A stretch of DNA of 64,000 nt from positions 74,772,001 through 74,836,000 of the forward strand of contig OX597820.1 of assembly GCA_951406725.2 (NCBI GenBank). The letters are read 5' to 3'. The translations under genes were made by a program, and so were the position numbers. The DNA comes from Octopus vulgaris (taxonomy: Eukaryota). Of this stretch, positions 14,442 through 27,647 are shown in pieces (position 1 is the first letter of the stretch; every line of letters begins with the position of its first letter). Under the pieces are notes generated by a model. It was not told the origin of the DNA, did no database searches, and saw only the letters and a list, made by a program, of their open reading frames with translations.

Positions 14442-15480
14442 TATATTCATACATATATATATGCGTATATTCATACATACATACATATATATATGCATAT
14501 ATATCTGTGTGTGTATATAAACACACACATATACGTACATACATATGCGCGTCTGTACATTTATATGGCCGTGAATGCGTGCGCACGCATGGAAGTGTAA
14601 ATATCACTACAACCTTTCAATCCCTGGTGAATATCGGATCAACTGAAAGTGAATGCTTGTCAGTTAAAGCATTGTACGAAATGTACAGTAAATTGACTGA
14701 CAGTATTTGATTATCTACATTTAAATTGACGTGATGTTAGTCGACTACTGGTTTTTCAGTCAAATAGACTTCTTCTATAAGCTTCACAAAGTGTGAAATA
14801 TACGCGTTTCTGAAAGTGGGCCACTAGATAATATCTCTTGAACTTTGCAAAGAATAAACGTTTCATTGCAAGATAAGAATGGTTTGGTTTTGCTGTTGTT
14901 CAGTAAGTTATGTATGTATGTACATCCATATATGAATGCGTGTTTAGTAGTGTTTATGTGTATGTATATGTGTGTATGTATATGAATTCGCAGGTATGTA
15001 TGCATTTAATGTATGTGCTTATTTCTCTGTTTATGTATTCGTACATTTATATAAACCCAACTCTACGTGTCGTATTTTTAAAGAGAAATTCTAACTCAGC
15101 AAACAAATACCTACCTGTATATGTATATATTTCGGGGGACTTTTCACTTTTTGCTATTTGGTTGTGGAAGAAAGGATAAAAACATTGTAACCTTCACTGC
15201 CCCTCTTGGGCCAGTTAGATTGATATTTTTAAATATTCTCTTTGGTGAAAAAAGACATGGGTAAGGAGAACCTGATATTCATGGAATGTAGGCCTAGTAA
15301 TCAGTGCAAGGCAGGGCGTGAATGGCCCTCTCTATGGTGATGAGAGTTATGCCTTCTATGTATGGTTTGCTGAGAGTTATGCCTTCTGATGTATGGTTTG
15401 CTAATTGTATAACCCCAGCAAATGTCAACAATTCATGTGCGCAGATATATATAAATATATAAATTTCTCTAAATATATAA

Positions 15481-15532
<52 letters not shown>

Positions 15533-15534
15533 GA

Positions 15535-15730
15535 AATTTAAAGAAAAACAAAGGACGAAGACAGGTGTATGAACAACAAGCAGGTGTATTAGTATGACGC
15601 TCAGGAAAGTGAGAAAGTCTTTTACGTTTTGAGTCTACGCTCTTCAACAGGAAAGAATATGAGAAAATAAACACAGAGAGAATAAAAAAAAAAAGACTTG
15701 TGGATTTAGCTATCAAGCATGGCGACTTAC
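15535..15730 (-). mobile_element. Hammerhead-family repeat (same family as 56175 and 58380), degenerate core
   Basis: Minus strand reads cttt-c-CTGTTGA-agagc gtag actc-AAAAC-gta-aaagac. Confidence 0.6.
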
Positions 15731-15840
15731 TGGGGAAAAAGTTTAATATATACATACATATACCTTCGTCATCCTGTCAGATTCTACTTGTGTGTGCTTG
15801 TATATATGTTTATATATATGTCTATATATATATATGTATA

Positions 15841-15886
<46 letters not shown>

Positions 15887-16654
15887 CACATGCACATACA
15901 CACACTTATACACGCATGCATACATACATAGACATATACTCATGTGTTTGACTATGTGTGTTCGATTATGCGTTTGTCATTTGAACAGTCTGTTAATTGA
16001 AGTTGTGATTGAGCTCATGAAACTTCAGTCTCTATTTAAATACACTCGTACGTACACACATATACACATGTACACACATTGATGCATATACACATCATAT
16101 CTGATTTATTGATATTTGCAATCTTTGAATTTCGCTATTCACATGCAAAGTATGTTATGTTTCTTGTATTTGTTATAAAGATATTGAAAAATTTGTCTCA
16201 GTCGAAATAATTCTTTGTAAATACGACAGAGTTATTGTTGGTGTAAGAATTATTCGTTCATATAAAGAACAACAAAATAACTAAGCAAATAACAATAGTA
16301 CGGACTTTAATCTTTCTGACGAGTCTCTAATCAATAGACAGATGGAACAAGGCATTGTGTTTTTACTTCAGAGAAGAACCGCTTGAACAAAGCAACAACA
16401 AAAGATATCTCAAAGAATGCATCAGTTCTGAACAAAACCAAAGAATTATAACAACAGCCCCCCACTGGAAGGAGAATGAAATTTGTGGAATTTCACCCTA
16501 TTTCCATCTAATTGCAAGAAGGTTGTTACAAAACAAAGCATAAAGGATTTTTGTCTCTGAGACCCGACACGCATAAAAAGAACAGTTTTTAGAAGAATAT
16601 GTGATTGTGCCTTCTGTATATGCCAAGTATTAGTGATGTATTCAGATTTAGTGA

Positions 16655-16703
<49 letters not shown>

Positions 16704-17069
16704 GGTGGGAGACGTTGGTGGGGAAGAGGTAAGGAAGAACGGTAGGAAAGAAGGAAGGAAGGAAACGGGGCAGAAATGGAATCGAAGGACGAAAGCAAGG
16801 GTTTGAAGGGAAAGACGAGAATGTGAAAATAGAGAGAAGTCTTGGTCGGGCTGTAACCTGTCAGGTTTGGGGATGAATGAAATGACGGCAGGGTGGAATA
16901 GTAAGAAAAAGGCACCGAAGTAATTAGTTGCATGCATTGTTGTTATTTGGTGTTGCCAATATTGTCTTCTTGTTCCTTGTTGTAGATGATGATGATGATG
17001 ATGATGCTGTTGTTGTTGTTGATTCTGGTATCGTTGTGCTGTGCGTAGAGTTAGAGATGAAAATGAATA

Positions 17070-17686
17070 GAATATAAAATAGAATACCAAAGCAAGAAAA
17101 ACAACAAAACAAAGACATATAAATAAAAGCGAAGGAGGAAGAAAAATAAGAAATATGGAAAAAAAAAAATAGAAGGAAAAAAAAGGGAAAATAAAAGGGA
17201 GAAAGGAAGGCAAAAAGTGTGGAGAAATATAAGACATATTAGAAAGAGGTAGAGGGAAGGGAGGGAGAGGGGGAGAGAGAGGGTAGAAAATGGGAGGGAG
17301 AGTAGAGGTAGGAGATAGTGGGAGGAAGGGTGAGTGAGAGTAAGAGAGAAAGAATGAGAGAGATTAAGAGCCAAAGAGAGAGAAAGACGTGTGAATGTGA
17401 GTGAGCGAGAGAGAGAGAGGGGGAGGGAAGGAGAAGGAGAGTAAAGGTAGGTGATAGTGGGAGGAAGAGGGAGTGAGAGTAAATGAGAAAGAATGAGAGA
17501 GATTGAGAGCCAAAGAGAGAGAAAGATGTGTGAATGCGAGTGAGTGAAAGGGAGAGAGAGAGAGGGAAGGAGAGAGAGAAAGGAAGAGAGGATGATGTGA
17601 GAGTGAGAGTGTGAGAGAGAGAGAAAAAGGAGTAAGAGCGAGAGAGAAATAGAGAGAGCGAAAGAAAAAGGAGTGAGTGAAATGAA

Positions 17687-17754
<68 letters not shown>

Positions 17755-17790
17755 TGAGAAAGAAAAATGGGGCTGTGAAAGAAGGGAAAG
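17070..17790. repeat. Long polypurine tract with a ~110-bp internal duplication and (GA)n
   Basis: 17292-17405 and 17437-17545 are near copies, and the strand is strongly A/G-biased. Confidence 0.85.
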
Positions 17791-18724
17791 GCTTTAATTT
17801 CTTGTCTGAATGTCAGGGAGCTCGGCTAAATTCTGATCGTAATATTTGTTGAAATACATGGTGTAGTACGAGCGTAGCTTTATTGTTTTTCATTGACCAG
17901 TGTGTCTTGCTGAGAAATAATTGTGGTTGTATTAGCTAATGCGCTGGCTGCTGGCTGCTTGCTGGTTGTAAATCGTTGGTAGAGAGAGAGAAAGAGAGAC
18001 ATTCGGACACTAACAACAAGAACAACAGCAACAACAGCGAAAACAACCTGGTACAACAATGGAAAAGACAAAATACATATATAAAATAAAAAAAAAAGCA
18101 GAATAAGAATTATAAAGAAAATTAAAAAGCAAAAGAACTACCTCCCTATCCTAACATATACCCCTACCTCAACACACTTCAACCGCTTATACTTAGAATA
18201 GCCTGACCGGACTTCGAATACAGTGTTGAAAAGAAGCCGAAGAATTGCTTACGAGTCAAATCGTACATCTTGGCCTATTGTCAAATTAGGTTAGCGTTCT
18301 AATAGAGAAAGAAGGCAATGTAAAAAGGTGTTAGTAAGAGTTAATCTATATCTGTTTTATGTTGGCACAATTGATATGGAATCGGCATTGACAGAGTAGC
18401 AAAGTATGTATTTGGCAGGCCACTTATTCTGTCAACACATTCATCCTTTTTCGACCTACGATTACCATGTAACTATATTAGACAACGTTAAAAGAGTCAT
18501 TGTAAGAAACTGAAAGGTCACAAATTGCTGCTTATCAGCAAGCAATATTTTAGTGTATGGATTATATGCAGACGCATATACGAGCGACACAGACTGAGGA
18601 ACGCATACAGACAGAAACGCTAAAAAACGTAAAACGCAAACACATATAAACACATTTACAGGCAGATACAAATCCATGCACGCTTTTGTAAATGCATTTG
18701 CATACATGCATACGAACAAAGACA

Positions 18725-18770
<46 letters not shown>

Positions 18771-18957
18771 TGTACATGTTTATAAATACATGCATATATG
18801 CATGTATGAGTAAGTACGGCTCTCTCTTTCTCTATATCTTTGTCTTTCTCTTTCTCCCTCTGTATACATATATAGATATATATATATCTATATATATATG
18901 TAGAATATATATGCATATGTATTGGTCGAAACATATCTAAGTTTATATATGCATACA

Positions 18958-19003
<46 letters not shown>

Positions 19004-19031
19004 GAATATGAATGCATATATATATATATAT

Positions 19032-19064
<33 letters not shown>

Positions 19065-19157
19065 TATATGAATAATATTCTGTTATTCTTTTATTGCTTT
19101 CACCGAGATTATGCCCATGCTGGGGTACACGCGCACACACACACATAAGTGTGCAGG

Positions 19158-19189
<32 letters not shown>

Positions 19190-19457
19190 AGCATTTATAT
19201 GTACAAGCCTTCATATTAAGAAATACAGCGTGCTTGAGTGCCATTAATCCGTGCCTAAAAGACAACGCCGCCATCTCATTGTTTCTCTTTCAACACAAAG
19301 GGAAGAAACTCAAATTAGGTCATATGCCATACAAGGACAACTCCCTCACTCTTCCTTCTCTTCCCTCTATCCCTGTCTCCCTCAATCTGTCTGTCTATCG
19401 CTCTCTCTCTCCATCCATCCTCTCTTTATATATACATATATGTATATATATATATCA

Positions 19458-19870
19458 GGAGTGGCTGTGTGGTAAGTAGCTTGCCTACCAACCACATGGT
19501 TCTAGGTTCAGTCCCACTGCGTGGCATCTTGGGCAAGTGTCTTCTGCTATAGCCTCGGGCCGACCAAAGCCTTGTGAGTGGATTTGGTAGACGGAAACTG
19601 AAAGAAGCCTGTCGTATATATGTATATATGTATGTATGTATGTGTGTGTGTATGTTTGTGTGTCTGTGTTTGTCCCTCTAGCATTGCTTGACAACCGATG
19701 CTGGTGTGTTTACGCCCCCGTCACTTAGCGGTTCGGCAAAAGAGACCGATAGAATAAGTACTGGGCTTACAAAGAATAAGTCCCGGGGTCGATTTGCTCG
19801 ACTAAAGGCGGTGCTCCAGCATGGCCGCAGTCAAATGACTGAAACAACTAAAAGAGTAAAAGAGTAAAGA
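19458..19870 (+). mobile_element. SINE family A, near-complete composite (tRNA head + CORE-like + internal microsatellite + 3' module)
   Basis: ggagtggctgtgtggtaagtagc...ggttcagtcc...cttgggcaagtg, (TATG/TG)n, and a 3' module ending in (taaaagag)n. Confidence 0.9.
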
Positions 19871-19884
19871 ATATATATATATAC

Positions 19885-19946
<62 letters not shown>

Positions 19947-20134
19947 GTGCGTGTGCATGCATATATATATGTTATTGGATTGTAGTCATGCTGGAGCACT
20001 GGCGTGAAGGGTTTAGTCCAGCGACTCTCAACCATTCTTGAAAAATACTTTTAGGTTTTTATAATTAGGAATTGCATTAACGAAAGAAAGTGTTCAAGTA
20101 GTTTTTTGTATTGTTCTATTCTTTTATTGGTTTC

Positions 20135-20325
20135 AGTCATTTCACTGCGGCCATGATGGAGCACTGCCTTTAGTCGAACAAATCGACCCCAGGACTTATT
20201 CTTTGCAAGCTTAGCACTTATTCCATCGGTCTCTTTTCCTGAACCGCTAGTTTACGGGCACGTTGACACACCAACATCGGTTGTCAAGCGATGATGGGGG
20301 ACAAACACAGACACACAAACATACA
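20135..20325 (-). mobile_element. SINE family A 3' module, inverted relative to 19458
   Basis: Reverse complement of about 19670-19860. Confidence 0.85.
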
Positions 20326-20623
20326 AATAATCTCCATGCTCTTCGTTGCACTCTTCCGGCAGTCCATAAGCTTGTTTATTCCATCGGAGTAGCAGGTTTT
20401 CGGCTGGTCCTGCTCTTCTTACGTGTCGAATCGATGACATCGTAAAGGGTATTTGAGCGGTCCAAACAAGTAATAGTCGGGAGCTGGCACGATCTGGACT
20501 CTCTACAGTTTGTTGCAGCAACTCGAAACACAATTTTTCAATGCAGTGCTATATTTAAGAGATGAGGAATTATGTACATTATTTACATTTGACGGATATT
20601 TGTCCGCATCTTTTTTTGTTTTT

Positions 20624-20669
20624 AACACAACGTTTCGGCTGATATACCCTCCAGCTCTCATCAGGCGTC
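20624..20669 (-). ncRNA. Minimal type I hammerhead ribozyme motif
   Basis: gacgc-CTGATGA-gagctg..cagcc-GAAAC-GTT-gtgtt, with a palindromic ACGT stem III. Confidence 0.75.
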
Positions 20670-20716
20670 TTGTGGAAATTTCGAACCTGGGTTCACATTC
20701 CTAGGGTATTTTTCGA

Positions 20717-20761
<45 letters not shown>

Positions 20762-20762
<1 letters not shown>

Positions 20763-20943
20763 TTTCAGTAATTTTATTTTTATAGCGTGCTTTCACTTCA
20801 CAACCGAGCGCAGCTCTGTGTGCCTTGGGTATGTGTTGTGATTTGTTGTGGTGCTCTGATGGCAACTGTATTGAAAGTTTTTTGCGTAGGATGTGTGCAG
20901 TGCCCAGTAGTGCAAGTTTCTGTATGTTATATGTGTTTGTAAG
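20762..20943 (-). mobile_element. R4/Dong-like non-LTR 3' end inserted in (TAA)n
   Basis: Encodes YNIQKLALLGTAHILRKKL, a typical R4/Dong C-terminus. (TTA)n lies on both sides. Confidence 0.75.
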
Positions 20944-21879
20944 TTATTATTATTATTATTATTATTATTATTGTTGTTGTTGTTCAGGTCACTGCCTGGA
21001 ATCGAACTCGGAATCTTGGGGTTAGTAGCCCGCGCTCTTAACCACTACGCCATTTGCCCAAGGCTGGTGGGTATATCAGCCGAAACGTTGTTTTAAATAA
21101 CAAACAAGATGAGGACAAATCTCCGTCAATTGTAAATAACGTAAATAATGTAAGTTTTTCAATGGTTTCAAAGGTTTGTGCCGCCGTATGTGGGCGTGCA
21201 TTGTCATGTGACTGGAACATTTGCTTTAACAAAAGACTTCAACCTTTGAATTTCTAGTTTTAGTTTGTTGGCCAGCATCTTACTGTAGAATACGCTGGTG
21301 ACTTTAGGTCCATTTTCCAGCTAATGTTCCAAATTAGGCCACTTTTTTCTTCCTCCAAAAGGTTAGTATAATTTTTTCTGCAAAATGTTGCGTCTGGCGA
21401 TTCCAGGTGTTTCCATTTCATACGCTGTCTTTTAGATTCTGGCTCAAAGTGATGGACCTAGGTCTCATATTCTGTTATTATTCTCTCAAAAACATTCACC
21501 TTCATCGTTGTACCGCTCGAGAAAACGTTGGCAGATCTCTAGACAATTGCGATTAAGCTGTTCGGTAAGCTCACTTGGCACATAATTTATGATTTCGTAC
21601 ACAGAACCGAAGGTAATTTGCAGAGAACATACAATTTAAATGATGGTCACTCGTCAGTTCGCCAGAACCATCTCTTAAGCAGTGGTGGAGGTTGATGGAT
21701 GCTCTGCTCCCTCTTCATACTTCACGGTTGTCCGGTAATTTTAAAACGTCCCTATCCTTTCAATCACACTTCTCTGCGCTAGAGCGAGACCAGGCCATGT
21801 AGAAAGAAGAAAACTGGAGCGATCAAGAAAACCCATACGAGCTACATTTTTTACATTATTTTCGAAAAATTTAAAACCT

Positions 21880-22481
21880 AAGGATGTTGTTGTTCAGTTC
21901 CCTGCTTAGAATCGAACTCAGAATCTTGAGGTTAGTATCCCACGCTCTTCACCACAACGCCATATGCCCGTGAGCAATTAGGGACTGAATTTTAGGGCAT
22001 ATAAATCTAATACTTTTCTGTTCTTCCTTCATACCGGTTCCCATATGCTGTTCATATCTGCACTCGGTCTGCTTAGGAGGTTGTTGTGTCCTAACATATG
22101 TGCTGCTTTCAGTTTTAGTATTTTCCAGTGGGTGTTCTCTGTCTATTATTTTAACTTCATCCCACAGGGGGAGGTGGTCTCCATTTTTCCATGCATGATC
22201 AGCTATACCAGATTTATCGATATCTCCTCGTGTCACAGCTTTGCGATGTTCGTCTACCCTTATTTTGAGGGGATGGTATGTTTCGCCTTTGTATAACCTA
22301 TCACAGCAGCATGAGATGGTGTACACGCAGTCTTTGGTTTGGTCATATTCTCTTCTATTGGGGGTTTTACTCGAAGGAGATATTTGCGTTGTGTTAACAA
22401 CAAACAAGATGAGGACAAATATCCGTCAAATGTAAATAATGTAGATAATGTACATAATTCCTCATCTCTTAAATATAGAAC
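21880..22481 (-). mobile_element. Penelope-like element fragment with GIY-YIG endonuclease and inverted terminal piece (22386-22481)
   Basis: CVYTISCCCDRLYKGET..LKIRVDEH..KSGIADHAW..H..WDEVKIID is the PLE GIY-YIG signature. Confidence 0.88.
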
Positions 22482-22494
22482 AAATATATCATTT

Positions 22495-23140
22495 GTTGTA
22501 AATCGGGAGGGTCATTATGGAAATATTAATATCATGTGCTGGTTCTGTTTTACTTCTTTCTTCTTTATTTGTCAATTGGTTAATCTTATAACAAATTAAT
22601 TAATCAACCGATTGATTAATAGTTCAGTTAATCGCGCAATCAGCAAGATTTGTCAGTCCTTTCGTTGTCGTTTCCTACCGCATCTACCGCAAATCCAAAG
22701 CAGACCTCGATTAGAGAGGACATTTAATTGAGGAGTTTGTGAATGTCAACAAAAGGACTTTGACATAACTAACTGATTCATTGATTAACCAAACGATTAA
22801 TTAAACAATCGATTAGTTAATTGGATAAATACGTGACTAATTGACACATAAAGAAGAGAAATAGTACCACAGCGTATGTTTATTATTTAATTTCAAGTTT
22901 TGCCACAGGACCAACAATTTCGGGGGAGGGGTATGTTGATTACATCGACCCCGGCGTCAAACTGAAACCTATTTGATTGACTCCCATATGAAAGGCAATT
23001 TCGACCTCGGGTTAATTTTAACTGAGAGCATTAAGACGGACGAAATGCCGTTAATCATTCAGCCCGGCGTGTTAGCGATTCTGCCAACACATAGGGTTTA
23101 TTGTTGGTACAATAACCCTCGTGAGATATAACGCAATATC
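22495..23140. repeat. Old imperfect fold-back element interrupted by SINE B
   Basis: ~22520-22670 is inversely complementary to ~22740-22890. Pairing resumes beyond the SINE (gagggtcatt / aataaccctc). Confidence 0.55.
22890..23090 (-). mobile_element. SINE family B
   Basis: Reverse-complement head gttagcgattctgccaac and core tcgacccc. Confidence 0.7.
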
Positions 23141-23594
23141 TTTCAACACACGATTTCCCATTCAGAATTTTGAAAATCAAACACAAAAATAAGACATTAT
23201 AAATCTCTCATCTAACTCACATAATTTACGCTGGTTTAATCATTCGTTCTTTCTTCGGGTGTTGATGAAATTTTGAGGAAACCTGAAGCGGTAACTATCG
23301 CGTTTGAATATGCATGCATTTAGAATGAGCAATAGATATTTTTATAACCTGAGAAAATGTACTTGAAGACGTATTAAGCTCAAGATCGTGGTTTCAAATT
23401 CCGGTCCGGGCGGTGCGTTGTTTTTGAGCAAAACCCTTCAGTTCACACTGTTCTGATCTATTCGGCTATAAATGTGTGACCCTTCAAGGTCACTGCCGTT
23501 CAACGGGAATATTGCTATCTCGGTCAATAATTCACCATGGAAACAGGGTGAGCGGAACTATGAATACCGGGACTCGAGTCAATAATGTGGAAGG

Positions 23595-23693
23595 GATGAT
23601 GATGATGATGACGAGGACGACGACGGTGATCATGATATGATGACAATGATCATTGCGATGAAGACAACGACGATGATGATCCTGAAGATGGTC

Positions 23694-23736
<43 letters not shown>

Positions 23737-23906
23737 CGATGACGACGACAGCGATGATGATGGTGACGTAGACGATGATCATAATGATGATATGATGACG
23801 ATGATCATGGCGATGACAATGACGAAGACGACGACGATGATAATCACGATAATGATGACGACGATGATCATGACGATGATGACGACGATGACGATGATGA
23901 TGATGA
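23595..23906. repeat. (GAT/GAC)n compound trinucleotide array
   Basis: Direct reading. Phase shifts break the poly-Asp frame. Confidence 0.9.
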
Positions 23907-25134
23907 GGTTAGTCTCGCGAGACTATGAATCTGCTCTTGGAAAGTGAAAGTATACTCTCTAAGCGTGAAAAAGATAGTAAACCTACAGCGGAAGTTAAAA
24001 ACAAATTACAAAACTAGCTTTCTCACATTACACGACACAGGCACGAACTCATACATTACAATTTGCAAATATAATTAACGACGAAGCAAAATAAAACGGG
24101 AAAAACCCTAGAAAACCTAAACAAACGTTCTCAAAGAATCGATATTGAAATTCAAACAAAAAAAATAATTATATATTTAAATTTGGAAATAAAAGTAAAA
24201 TTTCAACTGAAAATCTCAAACAAAAACATGCGTGCACACATATACAAATTTATACTTGTACAAATAAAGGGTTATAAAAGGAAAAAAAAAACGTTTTGCA
24301 TTTATATTGTGTTATATTTAGCCATAAATTAAAATATTCAACGAACACGCGATCCCTGTAACTATTGGCACAGATTTCATTTAATACCCGCTTTCTTTCC
24401 TTTCTCTTTGAACTGCGTTCCGGTTTGAAGTTGGTGGGTTTCCTTTTCGTCAACGCCATCTTGTTCCTTTTTGTTTTTATCCATTTATTTATTCTAGTAG
24501 TTATTCCCCCCACCAACTCCCCATGTTTTTTTTTGTTTTTGCTTTTACTTTTCTTTTCTCTTTTCGTACATAAGATCAAAAGGTCAGTGTTGATCGGATC
24601 GTTTTAACTTGGAGCTAAAAGAATCTCTGAAACACAATCGTTACACAAAAGCACTTGTCCCGGAAATCCATCATACGGCTTCTGATATCTAACATACACA
24701 GTTGAGGCATAACAAATACTCAATCACCCACCGGTAATGAAAAGAGGTGGAAGCATTATTATTCCAGTATCTTCATGTAAAGTTTATGTAATTTTGAGAA
24801 GCTATTTTAGTAAATAGCGAAATTTATTCTTGTGCTTCTTATTTTATTTTAAAGTTAGTATTAGTTTATGATAGCCACTGTCATTAAACAGCGAATATGG
24901 TAAAAGAGTCTATTAGCATAATACTGATTATATGAGATTTTAATGAAAATTTGTATTTCATCATCTCCTATTGTGAGATCGTTGAAATTGTCGAAAGCTA
25001 TTGTTTTCCATTACGAGTGGAAATGAAACAACAGAACACTTACATTTATAACTTCTCATTGCTTGTGCATCAGAAAAGTCGAGTGAATTTTCACCAAACA
25101 AAAATAAGCGGAAAACGAAGAAATAATAACAATA

Positions 25135-25404
25135 GTTTCAAATTTTGGCACAAGGCCAGCAGGTTTGGAGGAGGGGGGGAAGTCAATTACGTTGACCCCC
25201 CCCAGTGTTTAACTGGTACTTATTTCATCGACCTTCAAAGGGATGGGTGTGTGGTTAGTAGCTTGCTTACCAACCACATAGATCTGGGTTCAGTCTCGCT
25301 GCGTGGCACCTTCGGCAAGTATCTTCTACTATAGCTTCGGGCCGACCAAAGCCTTGTGAGTGGATTTGGCAGACACAAACTGAAAGAAGCCCGTCGTATA
25401 TCTG

Positions 25405-25483
<79 letters not shown>

Positions 25484-25845
25484 GTCTATCTATCTCTCTA
25501 TCTCTCTATCTATCTATCTACATATATATACATATATATATGGGAGGTGTATGTTTGTGTGTTTGTGTTTGTCTCATCATCTCTTGACAACGGATGCTGG
25601 TGTGTTTACATGCCCGTAACATAGCGGTTCAGTAAAAGAGAATAAATACTTGGCTTACAAAGAATAAGTCCTGGGGTCGATTTGTTCGACTAAAGGTAGT
25701 GCTCCAGCATGGCCGCTGTCAAATAACTGAAAGAAGTGAAAGAATAAAAGAATCGGCGGAATTTGAACTCAGAACGAAACGAGAGACGAAATGCTGCGAA
25801 GTATTTCGCCCTGTAGGCTGACGATTCTACCAGTTCACTGCCTTA
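25135..25845 (-). mobile_element. SINE B (minus) with a nested SINE A (plus, 25243-25752)
   Basis: The SINE B tail and core lie before 25243 and its head after 25752. The SINE A copy carries an internal (ATCT)n. Confidence 0.8.
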
Positions 25846-25879
25846 AAGAAAAAAAGAAAGAGAAAAAAGAGAAAGAATA

Positions 25880-26040
25880 ATAGCCCTTTCTACTAAAGGC
25901 ACAAAGCCTGAAGTTTGGAGGTGGGGATTTTCGATTAAATCGACCCCAAAATGATGAAAAGCATAGTGGACCTCGGCGGAATTTGAACCCAGGGAGTAAA
26001 GATGGACGAAATGCTAACGATTCTGCCATCTCACCACTTT
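25880..26040 (-). mobile_element. SINE family B, internally deleted
   Basis: ctttctactaaaggcacaa...gacctcggcggaatttgaac...gctaacgattctgcca. Confidence 0.7.
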
Positions 26041-26079
26041 AGAAAGAATAATGATAATCCTTTCTACTATTGGTACAAT

Positions 26080-26424
26080 TGAAATTTTTACCATTAAGAC
26101 TATTCTGCAGAGACCTGAATAAGTAGAAATCCGAAGGAGCAATATCTGGTGAATATGGAGGGTGGGGTAACATATCCCAGCCGGGCTACAGCAATTTTTG
26201 TCTGGCTCCCAAAACATCAAGTGCCGAAAATGAACTTTATCGTCCATTTTAAAGGGTTACAGAATTAACACAGGTTATAGGAACATAAACCTTCCACGAA
26301 AAGATAGCTTAAACTGTGTTCTAAATGGAGTAGTCAAATCCTATTTCAAGGACTCAACCATATTCTAAAATAAGTCTAAAGATAAACTACTATAAATCGG
26401 CACGAACTTTCCGGACAACCCAAT
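26080..26424 (-). mobile_element. Truncated copy of the non-autonomous mariner at 53120
   Basis: Encodes LPHPPYSPDIAPSDFYLFRSLQNSL and ends in the TIR aaatcggcacgaactttccggacaacccaa-TA. Confidence 0.85.
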
Positions 26425-27575
26425 AGAAATACCTTTCGCATATTTGATTAAAAGTATTGGATTGTTTTGCAGACCTCTATGTTATCTTGGCGTTTTTACG
26501 TGAGTTGATTCTGTTGTTGATGTAAGTGCCATATCGGGCCGAACCAATACATCTGTACAACCCACAAACAGAGCCTCTTCGTGTGGACACTTGCCCTGTT
26601 AGATATAGTAGCCAAATGTCTTTTAAAATACACACATAACGAAAAGTGTATCTGATACAGTAGGTTTGAAAACAAAATAGAATTTTCTTGGATACACAAT
26701 GCCATAAAAATTCAAGTCAGTTGGATATGTTTTGAAGGAGATTCTGGTTTCTATTTCTTCCAGCCTGTGTGACAGTTTTGTAGTTCCGATATTGGTTCAT
26801 ATTGTTTTTTCATATTAAAGCTATAAATGTGTAATTACAGAAATTAGCTAAAGCAGAATAGATATGTTACAGCAAGTATACACTTAGAATAACTAATCAA
26901 TATTATTTGCATTGGTTTCAAGTTGTTTAGATCGTATAATTAACATATATGCGTAGCATTGTAGCTAATTATAAACACAACTTAATTTGAAGTGTTAAAA
27001 AACTACACACACACACATATATATATATATAAAAAAATTCTCAAATATGCTATTTTCCGATATTGATTTCACAATTCCATACGAGACGTCGCAGCATTCA
27101 AAATACATTGTTAAAACACAAAAGAGTGATGTGTACTATATTCCACTTCTCGTTAACACTATGAGATAGAAAGTAACGATTTTTTACGTAAAATAAATGC
27201 TCTGCTTCTACTTATTACCCATTGAAAGTTCGTACTAAGAGTCTGAGTGATATAAAGTTATATTTGCAACAAATGTGTGTGAGTGTGTGTGTGTGTGTGT
27301 GTATGTGAATATACACGTATATCCATGTATATATATATATATGTGTGTGTATGTGTGTGTGTGTATTGGGATATGAGTGTATATGTATGTGTCTGTATAT
27401 GTACATATTTATGTGTGTGTATATGTACATATATATATATGTATATATATGTGTATGTATATATATAAACATACATTTACGCATATATGCATGCACACAC
27501 ATATGTATGCATATGTATATCTATATCTATGTATAGCTATCTATCTATCTATTTATAAATATATATTAATGTATG

Positions 27576-27613
<38 letters not shown>

Positions 27614-27614
27614 G

Positions 27615-27647
<33 letters not shown>

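Larger units (their letters stand above)
20544..21152 (-). mobile_element. PLE-derived terminal module: tRNA-like head, (CAA/TAA)n, hammerhead and tail, plus an inverted tail copy at 21061-21152
   Basis: Shares the head with 21897-21969 and the tail with 22386-22481, which flank the GIY-YIG ORF. Confidence 0.75.
20335..21800 (-). mobile_element. Decayed mariner transposase, interrupted at 20544-21152
   Basis: Minus-strand remnants: YETWVHHFEPESKRQ, HDNARPHTAAQTFETIEKL, then CFELL..ESPD..DYYLFGPLK (the YSPDLAPSDYHLF motif). Confidence 0.8.

Noticed and set aside
16446-17237. 263-aa ORF with poly-Q/poly-H
   Set aside because: It is mostly F/L/S from a pyrimidine tract plus (CAA)(CAT) repeats, with no domain or convincing splice structure.
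23595-23906. Poly-Asp acidic protein exon
   Set aside because: Repeated phase shifts, and no start or splice support.
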